From Sedimentisphaerales bacterium (GTDB lineage: Bacteria > Planctomycetota > Phycisphaerae > Sedimentisphaerales > SM23-30): DNA of 64,000 bases. Shown piece after piece: positions 44,255-55,223 of the stretch. Below the pieces are notes generated by a model. It ran no database searches. It saw only the letters and a program-made list of their open reading frames with translations, and was not told the DNA's origin. The position numbers and the translations under genes were made by a program. The stretch is from NCBI GenBank assembly GCA_963663965.2, contig CAXXFK010000028.1:416001-480000 (forward strand), read 5' to 3'. Each line of letters begins with the position of its first letter. The first letter of the stretch is position 1.

Positions 44255-44735
44255 TCCAAGATTTCAATCAGCACTCCCAATCTGGGTTAATTATCGGGAA
44301 ATTTAATGCTACTGACAGGGTAAGACCGATAATTGCTTCAGGAAAAAAGGGTACAATTGAATTTGCTTGAGAGAACCCTAAGAGTCATTGAGGTATCTTG
44401 GCACCTGATATAGTATAACCTTTACGATTGAAAATGCCCGCTTGGCTGTCATGTAAGTCTTTTTGGGGATGATAATTCGCTTGCGAGCGATCAGACATTT
44501 TCATTCCTGATGATTATATTATGGCGTAAATCGAATAGTTGCTTCTGAGGGAGCAGTTGTTTGAACCCGGTATTCCATTTTTCTTCAAAGGTCATTTTAC
44601 TTGATGATGGTTCTGAAAGGAATAGTGGTCGGGATTTCTATTGGTGTAATCCGTATCATAAAAATATGTCTAGCCATATTACATAAGAAGTATCCAGACA
44701 GACGGATTCATACCGTTTGATATTAGATTTTAATA

Positions 44736-46967
44736 GTGATATCAGAGTTTTCGAGGTTATTGATGAATACAATTCAAAAGAAGCAAACTGCTGAGCGTGA
44801 GCATTTTACTCGAATGACTCGTCAAATTGAACGGTTGATTTTGAGCCGGCAACCAGAGCGAATTATCGCGGCCAGCCGGCTTTTTCTGGATACCTATGAG
44901 CATAGTGGCAGGGCTTTGTTGGCGTTGGGTTTGAATGCTTATATTGCTGGCCAGCCCAATAAGGCGATAGAATTTTTTAATAAGGCTTCGTCGGAACTGG
45001 AATGGAATGACTATCCCGAGCCTCATTCGGTTTATAGCCAGGCTTATATACAAGCCCAATTAAATAGTGTGAACATGCGAGAAAGGGCTCGCCAGCAGGC
45101 CAGGGATAATTACCTGGCAAATTTGGAGAGTCTGTTTGAGATCGCGCCGGAATTGGCTGAAAAACTGGAAACCGAGGTATTATCCGGTCAATATTGTTTT
45201 TTAGGGTACTGGGGTGGCTTGCATTTGCATGAAAATCAAAATAATAGCTTGCTGATTTTGGATCGTGAAATAAAGGAAAGATTGATTGGGCCGCTGACTC
45301 AGCGGGGACAGGTCAGGCCGATTGGTATTTTTGGATTGAATCATGGGCGGGAATTGCCCTTTTGCTTACAATACCGCAGGGATTTTCTCTATGGCTGGAC
45401 GGTGCCGGTTTATCTGTTCATGCCGGATCTTAGTGATTTACGAATTCAGTTGTGTCTGGGGAACTATCAAGAAGCGATTAAAGAACAAACCTTACTGATA
45501 TTTGCTGGAGAAACCATTCGTGATCAAGTGGCTCGAAGCTTCAGAAGTTTGCGATATGGTATGCCAGATATCATAATTGGAGACCAGGCAAAACTATTGG
45601 AGTATTTTAAAGGCCTTATCACAATAAAAGAAAGTGAAAATATTCAGGATCGGGTCATATCATATTATCGAAGCGCTGAGTTCAGGCAGCGACAGTTGGA
45701 TATTGCCGCTGGGCGAATAAAACCACGTGTCATGATTGAAACCAGCCGTTGGACAACATTTTTAAAATATTGCGCGGACGATTTTCGGCGAGCATTTGAA
45801 CAACTGGGTTGTCAAACCTGTTTTTTGATCGAGGAAAATGATATTCAACGAATATCCAACTGCTTGCAAATTCGCCAAATGGATGAATTTCGTCCGGATG
45901 TTTACTTCATGGTTAGTTTTGCTCGAACGGCGATGTCGGAAATGTTTCCCAGGGAATTGCCCTTTATCGCCTACCTCCAGGACCGATGTGATAAACTTTG
46001 GCAAATGGAGGATCGTTCCATTCGGCGACTGTTCAGTCCGCAGGATTTACTGGTATGTCTGGTAAAAGAGTATCAGGATTATTTGACCGACAAGCAGGTG
46101 CCTGACTGGCAGACGATGATTATGCCGGTACCGGTTGATCCGGAAATGTTTTATCCCGTTCCATCAACTCATCCATTGGCCGCACGCTTAAGTTGCGAAG
46201 TTTCCTATGTGAAACATGGCGGGGGAGATACCGATAAAATAATGGAAAATTGGATCAGGGAGAATCATCTGGATGGAACTATGGAGAATTTGAAACCGTT
46301 GGGTGACTATTTCTGGCAATGGTTTAATCTATTCAGGAATGAGCCTCAACGCCACTGGGCGGAACGGATTTTTCATGAGGAGGTAGATCAGAATTTTGGC
46401 AGACGATTGGATGAAAAGCAATTGAATGTCTTGCATCAGATGGTTACACAATTTGCCACAGTTGTGTACACTGCCTGCCGAAGGCGTTATTATCTGGAAG
46501 GATTTATCGATGCCGGACTGGATTTGAGATTATACGGTCATGGCTGGCAGGATGACCGGATATTTGGGAAATTTTCCGGTGGAATAATTGATCGCAGTCA
46601 GGATCTGTTAGGGGTCTATAATTTCAGTAAGATAAATTTGCATATGCAGCCTTATATCACAATGCATCAACGAGTAGTGGAATGTGCCTTATCGGGCGGG
46701 TTCATGATGATAGCTGATATTCCTCAGGAGGATGATTGGGGGAAAGCGCGGGATTATTTTGATGAAAATCATGAAGTTGTATTTTTCGGTTCTAGCGCCG
46801 ATATGATTGATAAATGCCGTTATTATCTGGAGCATGAATCTCATCGACGCGAAATGGCAGAACGTTTTCGTCAGCGTGCTCTGGCCAACCATACCGTATT
46901 AAAAGCTGCCGATCACATTCTGGCTCGCTGGCGGCAGATTTTAAATGCCAGTTTGCGGGGTGGATAG
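44736..46967 (+). CDS. Glycosyltransferase, CgeB/GT-B-like C-terminus with TPR-like and Maf-like N-terminal region
   Basis: C-terminal LRLYGHGW, VYNFSKINLH, RVVECALSGGF, YFDENHEVVFF, KCRYYLEH; N-terminal NYLANLESL..APELA; start uncertain (GTG 44736 or ATG 44763). Confidence 0.7.
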   Translation: MISEFSRLLMNTIQKKQTAEREHFTRMTRQIERLILSRQPERIIAASRLFLDTYEHSGRALLALGLNAYIAGQPNKAIEFFNKASSELEWNDYPEPHSVYSQAYIQAQLNSVNMRERARQQARDNYLANLESLFEIAPELAEKLETEVLSGQYCFLGYWGGLHLHENQNNSLLILDREIKERLIGPLTQRGQVRPIGIFGLNHGRELPFCLQYRRDFLYGWTVPVYLFMPDLSDLRIQLCLGNYQEAIKEQTLLIFAGETIRDQVARSFRSLRYGMPDIIIGDQAKLLEYFKGLITIKESENIQDRVISYYRSAEFRQRQLDIAAGRIKPRVMIETSRWTTFLKYCADDFRRAFEQLGCQTCFLIEENDIQRISNCLQIRQMDEFRPDVYFMVSFARTAMSEMFPRELPFIAYLQDRCDKLWQMEDRSIRRLFSPQDLLVCLVKEYQDYLTDKQVPDWQTMIMPVPVDPEMFYPVPSTHPLAARLSCEVSYVKHGGGDTDKIMENWIRENHLDGTMENLKPLGDYFWQWFNLFRNEPQRHWAERIFHEEVDQNFGRRLDEKQLNVLHQMVTQFATVVYTACRRRYYLEGFIDAGLDLRLYGHGWQDDRIFGKFSGGIIDRSQDLLGVYNFSKINLHMQPYITMHQRVVECALSGGFMMIADIPQEDDWGKARDYFDENHEVVFFGSSADMIDKCRYYLEHESHRREMAERFRQRALANHTVLKAADHILARWRQILNASLRGG

Positions 46968-47129
46968 AAAAAGCATAAGTTTGTGCGGGGCGGAACAGGG
47001 ATAAAATCGGTGATGCTGATTAATCATCAAGAAGTCGGTTATTATTGAAATTAAAGTTGTTGGTTGATCGTTAAGTGGATCATATAAGGATGATATTATA
47101 TGTAACCATGCAATATATCTGGAGATCTC

Positions 47130-49880
47130 ATGAAGAAAGCTGTTTATCTGATAGTTTTAATGGGTATCGTGAACACAAGTTTTGCAGAAGACGGGCGTTA
47201 TGTGTTGTGGTATGAACAGCCCGCCGGCAAATGGCTCGAAGCGTTGCCGGTTGGAAACGGGCGTTTGGGAGCCATGATATTTGGAGGAACCGCCGTGGAA
47301 CGCATTCAGATGAATGAGGATACTATCTGGGCCGGCCCGCCGGTCCCGGAAGTAACCGGTGATTTTAAAGCTAAAATGGATCAGGCGCGTCAACTCTGGT
47401 TTAAGGGTGAATATGTCGAAGCTCAGCAATTAGTCCAATCGGTGATGGCGCCTCGTATCAGCCCGCGGAGCTATCAGACACTTGGGGATTTGAGAATTGA
47501 ATTATTGAGTCAAGACAGTACGGTGATGGAACCTGTGCTGATTAGCAACTGGAAACAGAGCGCCCCGCTTGATCAGGCGGTTGCGACGATGTTTGAGAAG
47601 GATTATGATGATTCCAACTGGTCCGAAGGAGAGTCCCTTGATGTCGCGGCGGATAAAACAATAGTCTATCGGCAGACGGTGACCTTAAGTGAGCAGCAGG
47701 TGAAAGGAGGGTTAGGAATACTCGAATTATCGCCAATAGATGATCGCAGTGATATCTATATTAATGGTCAAAAAGCCGGTCAGACTCGCAACTGGAGTAT
47801 GGCGCATCAATTGGATGTTCATTCGTTTTTAGTAGCAGGGAAAAATAATATTGCCATCGCAGTGACAAATGTGGGTGGTCAGGGTCACATGGCCCATCAG
47901 GTACAACTGTCCGTTGCGATGGGAGCAAAAGCGGAGTCGTATCGGCGCGAGTTGGATCTGGATACGGCCGTGGCGACAACCCGGTTTAAACTGGATGGCG
48001 TGACCTATACCAGGGAAGTGCTGGCATCGCCGGTAGATAATGTTCTGGTGGTCCGTCTGACCGCGGACAAAGCTGGACAACTGAATTTGAGAGTAGCGAT
48101 GGATCGTCCGGTTGATTTTACAACCCGTCCGGTTGGCATGAATGCTCTGGAAATGACCGGTCAGGCCCAGCATAAGGGCAAACACCTGGGAGTCACATGG
48201 CTATGCCGGATACAGGCAGCTGCATCCGGAGGAAAAATTCGATCAGACAACAATAGCCTGTTGATTGAAGGAGCAACGTCGGCATTGTTTTATGTGGCCG
48301 TGGCTACTGATTATAATTTGAATAATCCGGCTGAACCGTTAAAAAACAATTTAAGCAAACAGGCCCTGAATACTCTCACCAGGGCCATCGAGCGGCCTTA
48401 TGACCGCCTCCGTCAGGAGCACATTGCCGAGCATCGCCGATTATTTCAGCGCTGCGGCCTGGATCTCGGCGGTTGGGATAAAACGGCGATTCCTACGGAT
48501 CAACGTCTGGAAGCAGTCAAAGCCGGGGAATTGGATCCGGCATTATTGGCATTGTATTTTCAGTATGGCCGGTATTTACTGATCTGTTCTTCACGGCCGG
48601 GAGATATGCCGGCTAACCTGCAGGGGCTCTGGTCGGATAAAATCGAAGAAGCCTGGAATGCCGATTATCATGTCAATATCAATATCCAGATGAATTACTG
48701 GCCGGCGGAAGTGACGAATCTATCGGACTGTCATGAGCCGTTCTTCCGGTTTGTTCAGGCATTGATACCCAATGCCCGGCGTACTGCCAGTGAGGTCTAT
48801 GGCTGCCGGGGAGCGGTGGCTCATCACACCACCGACGCCTGGCTGCATTGCCATCCCTTTGGTTCGGTTCAATACGGCATGTGGCCGCACGGAATCGGCT
48901 GGTGCAGCCAGCATTTCATGGAGCGTTTCCGTTATACCGGAGATACCTCTTTCCTGAAAGAGCGTGCCTATCCGATTTTAAAAGATGCGGCCCTGTTTTA
49001 TCTGGATTATCTGGTGGAGCATCCCAAAACCGGGTTGCTGGTATCCGGTCTTGACACCTCGCCTGAAAATACTTATTTGACGCCAGATGGCAAACGCGCC
49101 CATATTTCAATGGGGAGCGCCATGAGCCAGCAGATAATCTGGGATGTCTTTACTAATTTACTGGAAGCGGCTGCGATATTAGACATTGCTGATTCCGTTA
49201 CTCAAGAGGTGCAATCGGCGCGAAGCCGTCTGGCTGAAGCAGAAATTGGTCCGGATGGGCGCTTGATGGAGTGGGCTGAACCATTTAGAGAAGCCGAACC
49301 GGGTCATCGGCATGTCTCACATTTATTTGCATTACATCCCGGCCGGCAATACAACCTGCGCGATAATCCGGATAGGGTGGCGGCGGTTCGTAAATCCATC
49401 GATTATCGTCTGGCCAATGGTGGCGGCCACACCGGCTGGTCGCGCGCATGGATAGTTAATTTCTGGGCCCGGTTTCATGAAGCTCAAAAAGCGCATGATA
49501 ATCTGGTGGCGTTATTGCAGAAATCGACATTGACCAATTTATTTGATAACCATCCACCCTTCCAGATCGATGGCAATTTTGGCGGAACAGCCGGGATCGC
49601 CGAGATGCTGATGCAGTCTCATATCGGAGATTCAAAACAGGGGTATCTGATCGAGTTGCTGCCGGCTTTACCAGCGGCCTGGCCGTCGGGTGAAGTCACC
49701 GGCTTACGGGCGCGCGGCGGATTTGAAGTCTCCATTACATGGGAGAACACCCAGTTAAAGGCGGCAACCATTATGAGTTTGAATGGGATGCCCTGCCAGA
49801 TAGGCTATGGTGATCAGGTAATAACTCTAAAATTATCGAAAGGCAAAACGAAAATGCTGAGTTACAACGACTTTGAATAA
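47130..49880 (+). CDS. GH95 alpha-L-fucosidase/alpha-L-galactosidase with an inserted jelly-roll domain
   Basis: [73 protein letters not shown]; signal peptide. Confidence 0.92.
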   Translation: MKKAVYLIVLMGIVNTSFAEDGRYVLWYEQPAGKWLEALPVGNGRLGAMIFGGTAVERIQMNEDTIWAGPPVPEVTGDFKAKMDQARQLWFKGEYVEAQQLVQSVMAPRISPRSYQTLGDLRIELLSQDSTVMEPVLISNWKQSAPLDQAVATMFEKDYDDSNWSEGESLDVAADKTIVYRQTVTLSEQQVKGGLGILELSPIDDRSDIYINGQKAGQTRNWSMAHQLDVHSFLVAGKNNIAIAVTNVGGQGHMAHQVQLSVAMGAKAESYRRELDLDTAVATTRFKLDGVTYTREVLASPVDNVLVVRLTADKAGQLNLRVAMDRPVDFTTRPVGMNALEMTGQAQHKGKHLGVTWLCRIQAAASGGKIRSDNNSLLIEGATSALFYVAVATDYNLNNPAEPLKNNLSKQALNTLTRAIERPYDRLRQEHIAEHRRLFQRCGLDLGGWDKTAIPTDQRLEAVKAGELDPALLALYFQYGRYLLICSSRPGDMPANLQGLWSDKIEEAWNADYHVNINIQMNYWPAEVTNLSDCHEPFFRFVQALIPNARRTASEVYGCRGAVAHHTTDAWLHCHPFGSVQYGMWPHGIGWCSQHFMERFRYTGDTSFLKERAYPILKDAALFYLDYLVEHPKTGLLVSGLDTSPENTYLTPDGKRAHISMGSAMSQQIIWDVFTNLLEAAAILDIADSVTQEVQSARSRLAEAEIGPDGRLMEWAEPFREAEPGHRHVSHLFALHPGRQYNLRDNPDRVAAVRKSIDYRLANGGGHTGWSRAWIVNFWARFHEAQKAHDNLVALLQKSTLTNLFDNHPPFQIDGNFGGTAGIAEMLMQSHIGDSKQGYLIELLPALPAAWPSGEVTGLRARGGFEVSITWENTQLKAATIMSLNGMPCQIGYGDQVITLKLSKGKTKMLSYNDFE

Positions 49881-50039
49881 CCTAACCCAAGTTCGACACT
49901 CTAAGGTTCGTAAAATAAACAAGTTGCAGATCAAGGGCATCTCAAATAAAAAATATGGGATGCCCTTTGGCTTTTTGGACAGTATTAGAGGAAATGCCCT
50001 AATCTGCCGGACGCGGCTGATTGGATACCTGATTCAGTT

Positions 50040-50879
50040 TTATACCGGAATGGCAGAATGGCAGGGAATTTGTTCTTTCAAGCCGGGAAAGCTGGCCAGG
50101 GTATGGAAACCGGCGTCAACATGGATCACTTCACCCGTAATTGCTGAGGCCCAGGGTGACAACAGGAAAAGAGCCGTCTTGCCAACTTCGTCGCCAGTGA
50201 TATTACGCTGCATGGGTGAGTATTTTTCCTGACAGTCGAGCATTCGATCGAAATTGGCGACTCCCATGGCCGACAGGGTACGCAACGGTCCGCCGGAAAT
50301 ACAATTAACACGGATATTGCGATAACCCAGACTACCGGCCAGATAGCGGCTGGCAGTCTCGAGAGCGGCTTTGGCGACTCCCATGACATTATAGCCGGGA
50401 ACTACTTTTTCAGCGCCCAGATAACTCATTGCGACAATGCTTCCGCCTTCAGTCATCAGATCGGCCGCACGTTGCGCAATGGCGACCAGACTGTAAGCGC
50501 TGATATCCATGGCTTCAGCCCAGACTTGTCGTGGCGTAGTGTGAAAATTGCCGATTTGCAGGTATTCTTTGTTGGCATAGGCGACAGAATGAACGATAAA
50601 GTCCAACTGGGGCATGATCATGGCCGTTTTGTTGAACAAGTCATCCAACTGTTCATCGCTGGTCACATCACAGGGAATACAGGTGGCATCTTCCATCTCA
50701 AGCTCTTTGAGAGCGGACATTAACCGGCGCAGATTTTTATCGCCGGGCAGATAACTGAAGATGATGTTGGCCCCGGCATCGCGCAGCGATTGAGTAATAT
50801 ACCAGGCGTAACTTCGTTCATTGGCCAGGCCAAAGACGATTCCGTTTTTGTTATTCATGATTTGATTCTCGTTTTTCAT
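50040..50879 (-). CDS. fabI: Enoyl-ACP reductase
   Basis: GLANERSYAW, IVHSVAYA, MDISAYSL, MSYLGAEKVVPGYNVMGVAKAALE, ISGGPLRTL, ITGEVIHVDAG; start 50879 or 50858. Confidence 0.92.
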   Translation of the reverse strand: MKNENQIMNNKNGIVFGLANERSYAWYITQSLRDAGANIIFSYLPGDKNLRRLMSALKELEMEDATCIPCDVTSDEQLDDLFNKTAMIMPQLDFIVHSVAYANKEYLQIGNFHTTPRQVWAEAMDISAYSLVAIAQRAADLMTEGGSIVAMSYLGAEKVVPGYNVMGVAKAALETASRYLAGSLGYRNIRVNCISGGPLRTLSAMGVANFDRMLDCQEKYSPMQRNITGDEVGKTALFLLSPWASAITGEVIHVDAGFHTLASFPGLKEQIPCHSAIPV

Positions 50880-51159
50880 AATGCAAATTATAGGCAATGA
50901 CTCTTCTATTAGGCAAAAATAAGACGCATTTTTTAAATTATATGCCTGATAAAACTATAAAATCCCAGCCAATCACCACGAATAGGGTAGGTTGGGTTGG
51001 CATATAAAATTGGGCAGACCAATAGTGATTTTACAAAACAGGAAGTGGAAAAACATCTGTAACACTTGTTTTACGAGCAATTTACAGGATATTAACTGTG
51101 ATGGAGGGCATAATGAAATAAGTAAGGTTATTGATACTATTTTATGAAAGGGCTGCTAA

Positions 51160-52989
51160 ATGAAAATTCACAGGTTTTTTATCGGTGTGATCGTTTGTTC
51201 GTTGGTTATATCGGTTCAGTTTTCAAACGCTGAACCAATAAGTTCCACCGGCCGGATTCGTGAGGTAACAGTGTATCGTGGTCAGGCGATGGTAACCCGT
51301 GTTATGGAGATTGATCTGACAGCCGGAAATAATGAAATCGTTGTAACGGGGTTACCGCATAATATTCTTTCTGAAAGTTTATTTGCTCGGGCGGAAGCTG
51401 GAGTAAAAATTCTTAGTGTGCGTTATCAGGAACGGGCTGTTCGCGAGGATACCCGGGATGAGATCCGTGTTATAGACGCCCGTCTGGAAGAGATACTGGT
51501 GGAAATGGGGCATTTGGAAAAACATTTGCAGCGAGTCATGGCGCAATGGGAGTTGTTACAGAAATTTAATGAGTTTATGGTTGTACGTGCCAGGCAGGAT
51601 CTGGAACAGTCCGTGATGCAGTTTGAGCCGGTGTCACAATTAATCGACCTGTTTGAGGAACGCAGCCAGGCTTATACCGAGCAGGAACTCGAACTGAAAG
51701 ATTCGATCGCGCAACTCAAAAAGGAACAGGAACTTCAGAATCGTAAACGCAATGAATTATCCGGAGGGCGTTCACAAACCGTGCGAGAAGCTACCGTTTA
51801 TCTAAACAGTGCAAAACAACAAAAAGCTCCAATCGAACTGAGTTATCTGGTTCAAGGCGCTACCTGGGAACCGCAATATAATCTGCGAGCCCAACCGGGC
51901 CAGGCGCACGTTCAGGTTGAATATAATGCCATTATCAACCAGGGTAGCGGCGAAGATTGGAATGGGGTGGCCATTACCCTCTCCACTGCCCAACCATCCA
52001 TGGTCGCTTCAGCGCCTGTCCTGGATCCTATGGAAGTCATATTAGCCGGAACAAACGCTAATATGATGGAAAAAATGCAGCAGGAAGTACAGATGATGGG
52101 AACGCAGCAAAGGGGGATGAATGTGCCTATGGTCCCGCAAATGGCACAGAGTCAGAGCGGGCGAATGGATGATAAATCTTTGGTCCAGTTTATGAACCAG
52201 TATCGGCGCAGTCAGGCTATCGCCGGGAAAAAAGCCGAAGGTATTTTGAATGATCTGGCGCGTAACAACCAGACAATCGAATTTAACTTCGATAACCGTC
52301 TGATTCAGGAATATCAGCAGCAGGCGGAAGAAGCCACCCGAACTGAAAGCGTAAGTGTCAGCTACCAGTTGCCGGGAGAATTATCACTGCCCAGCCGCAA
52401 CGATCAGCAACTGGTCAGCATCGCTACCGTCGAATGTCAGGCTGATTTTACCTTGCTGGCATCCCCATTGCTGACCGATTATGTCTATCTGCAGGGCGAT
52501 TTAGTCAATACCAGTGAGACCGTATTGTTACCCGGCCCGGCCAGTATGTACCGCAATGGCGAATTCGCCGGCAAAGGCCAGCTGCCGCTGGTGACCATCA
52601 ATGAATCGTTTACCGCTGGTTTCGGCATCGATTCGCAAGTGCAGGTTTCTCGTGAACTGGCCGATAAACAAACCCGGATTCAGGGCGGTAATAAGATCGA
52701 TACCTATCGATATCGCATAGAACTGAGCAATTATAAAAAAGTTCCGGTTGCTGTAAGATTGCTGGATCGCCTCCCTTATTCTACCAACAGTTCAATTAAG
52801 ATCGAACTGGTTAAGACCTCGCCGGAATTATCGCAAAACAAAGACTATCGCCGCTTGGAATACAAGAAGGGCATTTTACGCTGGGATATGGAGTTGGCTC
52901 CGGGAACAACGGGGGAAAAAGCCACTGTTGCAAACTATGAATTAATGATGGAATATGACCGTAACATGCAGATGGTTCCCAAGGAATAA
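51160..52989 (+). CDS. DUF4140/DUF4139 (MuiA-like) secreted protein
   Basis: IREVTVYRGQAMVTR, long coiled coil, LSYLV..ATWEPQYNLR, QGSGEDW..ITLSTAQP, LLPGPA, FGID, LDRLP. Confidence 0.85.
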   Translation: MKIHRFFIGVIVCSLVISVQFSNAEPISSTGRIREVTVYRGQAMVTRVMEIDLTAGNNEIVVTGLPHNILSESLFARAEAGVKILSVRYQERAVREDTRDEIRVIDARLEEILVEMGHLEKHLQRVMAQWELLQKFNEFMVVRARQDLEQSVMQFEPVSQLIDLFEERSQAYTEQELELKDSIAQLKKEQELQNRKRNELSGGRSQTVREATVYLNSAKQQKAPIELSYLVQGATWEPQYNLRAQPGQAHVQVEYNAIINQGSGEDWNGVAITLSTAQPSMVASAPVLDPMEVILAGTNANMMEKMQQEVQMMGTQQRGMNVPMVPQMAQSQSGRMDDKSLVQFMNQYRRSQAIAGKKAEGILNDLARNNQTIEFNFDNRLIQEYQQQAEEATRTESVSVSYQLPGELSLPSRNDQQLVSIATVECQADFTLLASPLLTDYVYLQGDLVNTSETVLLPGPASMYRNGEFAGKGQLPLVTINESFTAGFGIDSQVQVSRELADKQTRIQGGNKIDTYRYRIELSNYKKVPVAVRLLDRLPYSTNSSIKIELVKTSPELSQNKDYRRLEYKKGILRWDMELAPGTTGEKATVANYELMMEYDRNMQMVPKE

Positions 52990-53010
52990 ATTCCGACCCG
53001 ATACCTGAAT

Positions 53011-53052
53011 AAAAAAAAGCGCCTGCCTTTTACAGGTTGGCGCTTTTCTTTT
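53011..53052. terminator. Bidirectional terminator between the DUF4139 gene and glmS
   Basis: A8-GCGCC-tgcct..aggtt-GGCGC-TTTTCTTTT. Confidence 0.75.
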
Positions 53053-53067
53053 CTGATGAATCGGATA

Positions 53068-54930
53068 TTATTCGACCGTAACGCTCTTGGCCAGGTTGCG
53101 AGGTTTGTCAACATCGTGACCGCGCAGGACTGCGGCGTGATAGGCCAGTATCTGCAACGGAATCACCGTCAGCATCGGTTGCAGCTCTTCCAGGGTATCT
53201 GGCACGTAAAATACATGGTCGGCATATTTCGATATGGTCTTATCGCCTTCGGTGGCAACTGCGATAATCACGCCGCCGCGTGCCCGGACTTCCTCAACGT
53301 TGCCGATGATCTTTTCATATTGACTGCAACGCGGCGCGATAAACACGACGGGCATCTCGGGCGTGATCAGGGCGATGGGGCCATGCTTCATTTCCGCCGC
53401 CGGAAGCCCCTCAGCGTGGATATATGAGATTTCTTTTAATTTAAGGGCTCCTTCCAGCGCCACCGGGAATTGATAGCCTCGTCCCAGAAACAGCCAGTTT
53501 TCCCGGTCGCAAAATTGCGATACGGTTTCTTTGATCTGGTCATTTTGCTTAAGAATGGTTTGTATCTGATTGGGAATCTTATGTAGCGCCTGAATATAGT
53601 CATTAAGGGTTTGCTGAGACATATGGCGGCGACGGGCGATATAAAGCGCCATCATTGTCATAACCGCCAGTTGTCCGGTAAAGGCCTTGGTGGAAGCCAC
53701 TCCAATTTCCGGCCCCACGTGCAGATAAACACCACAATCGGTTTCGCGAGCAATCGTACTACCCACTGCGTTGACAATCCCCAGGCACAGGGCGCCCCGG
53801 TCCCGGGCTTCGCGCAATGCGGCCAGCGTATCAATGGTTTCTCCCGATTGACTGATCACGATTTGTACGGTATTTTGTTCAACAATAGGATTCCGATATC
53901 GGAATTCAGAAGCGTAATCCACTTCAGTCGGAAGCATGGCCAATTCTTCAAAAATATATTCGGCGACCAGCCCGGCATGCCACGCAGTCCCGCAGGCGGT
54001 AATATTCAATTTGCGAGCCTGGACCAGTTCCCGGGTATGATCAACAATCCCGCCCAGTTTTATCGCGCCGTTGGTCAGATCGAGCCGCCCGCTCAAACAC
54101 GCCGCCAGCGTATCGGGTTGCTCAAAGATTTCCTTTTGCATATAATGCTGATAACCCGCCAGTTCAATTTCATCCAGCGAATATTCAATCTGCTCAACTT
54201 TAGCGTCAATAGGAATATTGTCGATTGTCGAAGTGCGATAACCATCGCGGGTGATAACGGCCATTTCATTGTCGCCCAGATAGATCGCCTGGGTGGTATG
54301 CTTAATAATGGCAGCCGCATCGGAAGAAATAATATACTCACCATCGCCCACCCCGAGTACCAATGGACTGCCCCGGCGGGCTGCCAGAATCATGTCCGGA
54401 ACCTCATCGCATATAATGGTAAGGCCATAGGTGCCCACCAACTCCTGCAGGGCCAGCCGGACCGATGTTTCAAACCGTTCGGCCTTGTTGATGTCTGGAT
54501 CAAACTGGGAGTCTTGATGATAAAAATGGCTGATCAGATTAGCCACGACCTCAGAGTCGGTATCACTGCTGAAAGTACACCCTTTCTGAGAAAGCCATTT
54601 TTTCAAAGTGGCATAATTCTCTATGATCCCATTATGCACGATAGCGATTTTCCCCGTATGATCTTTATGGGGATGAGCATTTTCGGTTGTGGCTGGCCCA
54701 TGAGTCGCCCAGCGAGTATGAGCAATACCCATTGTGCCGGCCAGATGTTTTTTGTTTAGAAGACCCTGTAAATCTGCGATTCGCCCGGCTGAACGGGTTA
54801 TGTTTAGGTGCCCGGCATTGTATATGGCGACCCCTGCAGAATCGTATCCTCTGTATTCTAAGCGTTTTAGGCCTTCAACCAGAATCTCTTCACATTGTTT
54901 ATTACCAATATAGGCTACAATTCCGCACAT
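53068..54930 (-). CDS. glmS: Glutamine-fructose-6-phosphate transaminase
   Basis: MCGIV, LEYRGYDSAG, AHTRWATHG, SQSGET, VASTKAF, ALKLKEISYIHAEG, C-terminal DKPRNLAKSVTVE. Confidence 0.97.
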   Translation of the reverse strand: MCGIVAYIGNKQCEEILVEGLKRLEYRGYDSAGVAIYNAGHLNITRSAGRIADLQGLLNKKHLAGTMGIAHTRWATHGPATTENAHPHKDHTGKIAIVHNGIIENYATLKKWLSQKGCTFSSDTDSEVVANLISHFYHQDSQFDPDINKAERFETSVRLALQELVGTYGLTIICDEVPDMILAARRGSPLVLGVGDGEYIISSDAAAIIKHTTQAIYLGDNEMAVITRDGYRTSTIDNIPIDAKVEQIEYSLDEIELAGYQHYMQKEIFEQPDTLAACLSGRLDLTNGAIKLGGIVDHTRELVQARKLNITACGTAWHAGLVAEYIFEELAMLPTEVDYASEFRYRNPIVEQNTVQIVISQSGETIDTLAALREARDRGALCLGIVNAVGSTIARETDCGVYLHVGPEIGVASTKAFTGQLAVMTMMALYIARRRHMSQQTLNDYIQALHKIPNQIQTILKQNDQIKETVSQFCDRENWLFLGRGYQFPVALEGALKLKEISYIHAEGLPAAEMKHGPIALITPEMPVVFIAPRCSQYEKIIGNVEEVRARGGVIIAVATEGDKTISKYADHVFYVPDTLEELQPMLTVIPLQILAYHAAVLRGHDVDKPRNLAKSVTVE

Positions 54931-55223
54931 AATATCAACTCCAAAATGACAAAATTGTAAATTAATAAGATATAATAACTTATCGAATAATATTTATTAT
55001 AACTTCATCAAAATTAGTTGTTAAATTCTAGGCAAAGCGATTAAGGATTTCATGATAAAAATTATCGGACATTCTACCGGGTTTTCGGAGTTTTTACCAA
55101 TCGCGGTAGACTCAGAGGGATAAATGTCTTATGATGCCCAATTCTTATCTGAATACTGATTTCAGATGCTTGTTTAATGATAATTTTGGATATGGAATTA
55201 TCGGCAAAGGAGTCTAGTTACTT

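Noticed and set aside
44470..44540. Hammerhead-like CTGATGA..GAA words on either strand
   Set aside because: The GAAA core and stem II closing pair do not match the hammerhead consensus
49873..50232. 119-aa ORF after GH95
   Set aside because: Overlaps fabI antisense, has no motifs and no clear RBS
53611..54759. 382-aa plus-strand ORF
   Set aside because: Antisense shadow of glmS with no motifs; the same applies to other long antisense ORFs such as 1927..2670, 16778..17614 and 22740..23447
54931..55223. glmS ribozyme upstream of glmS
   Set aside because: AT-rich region with no recognisable ribozyme core
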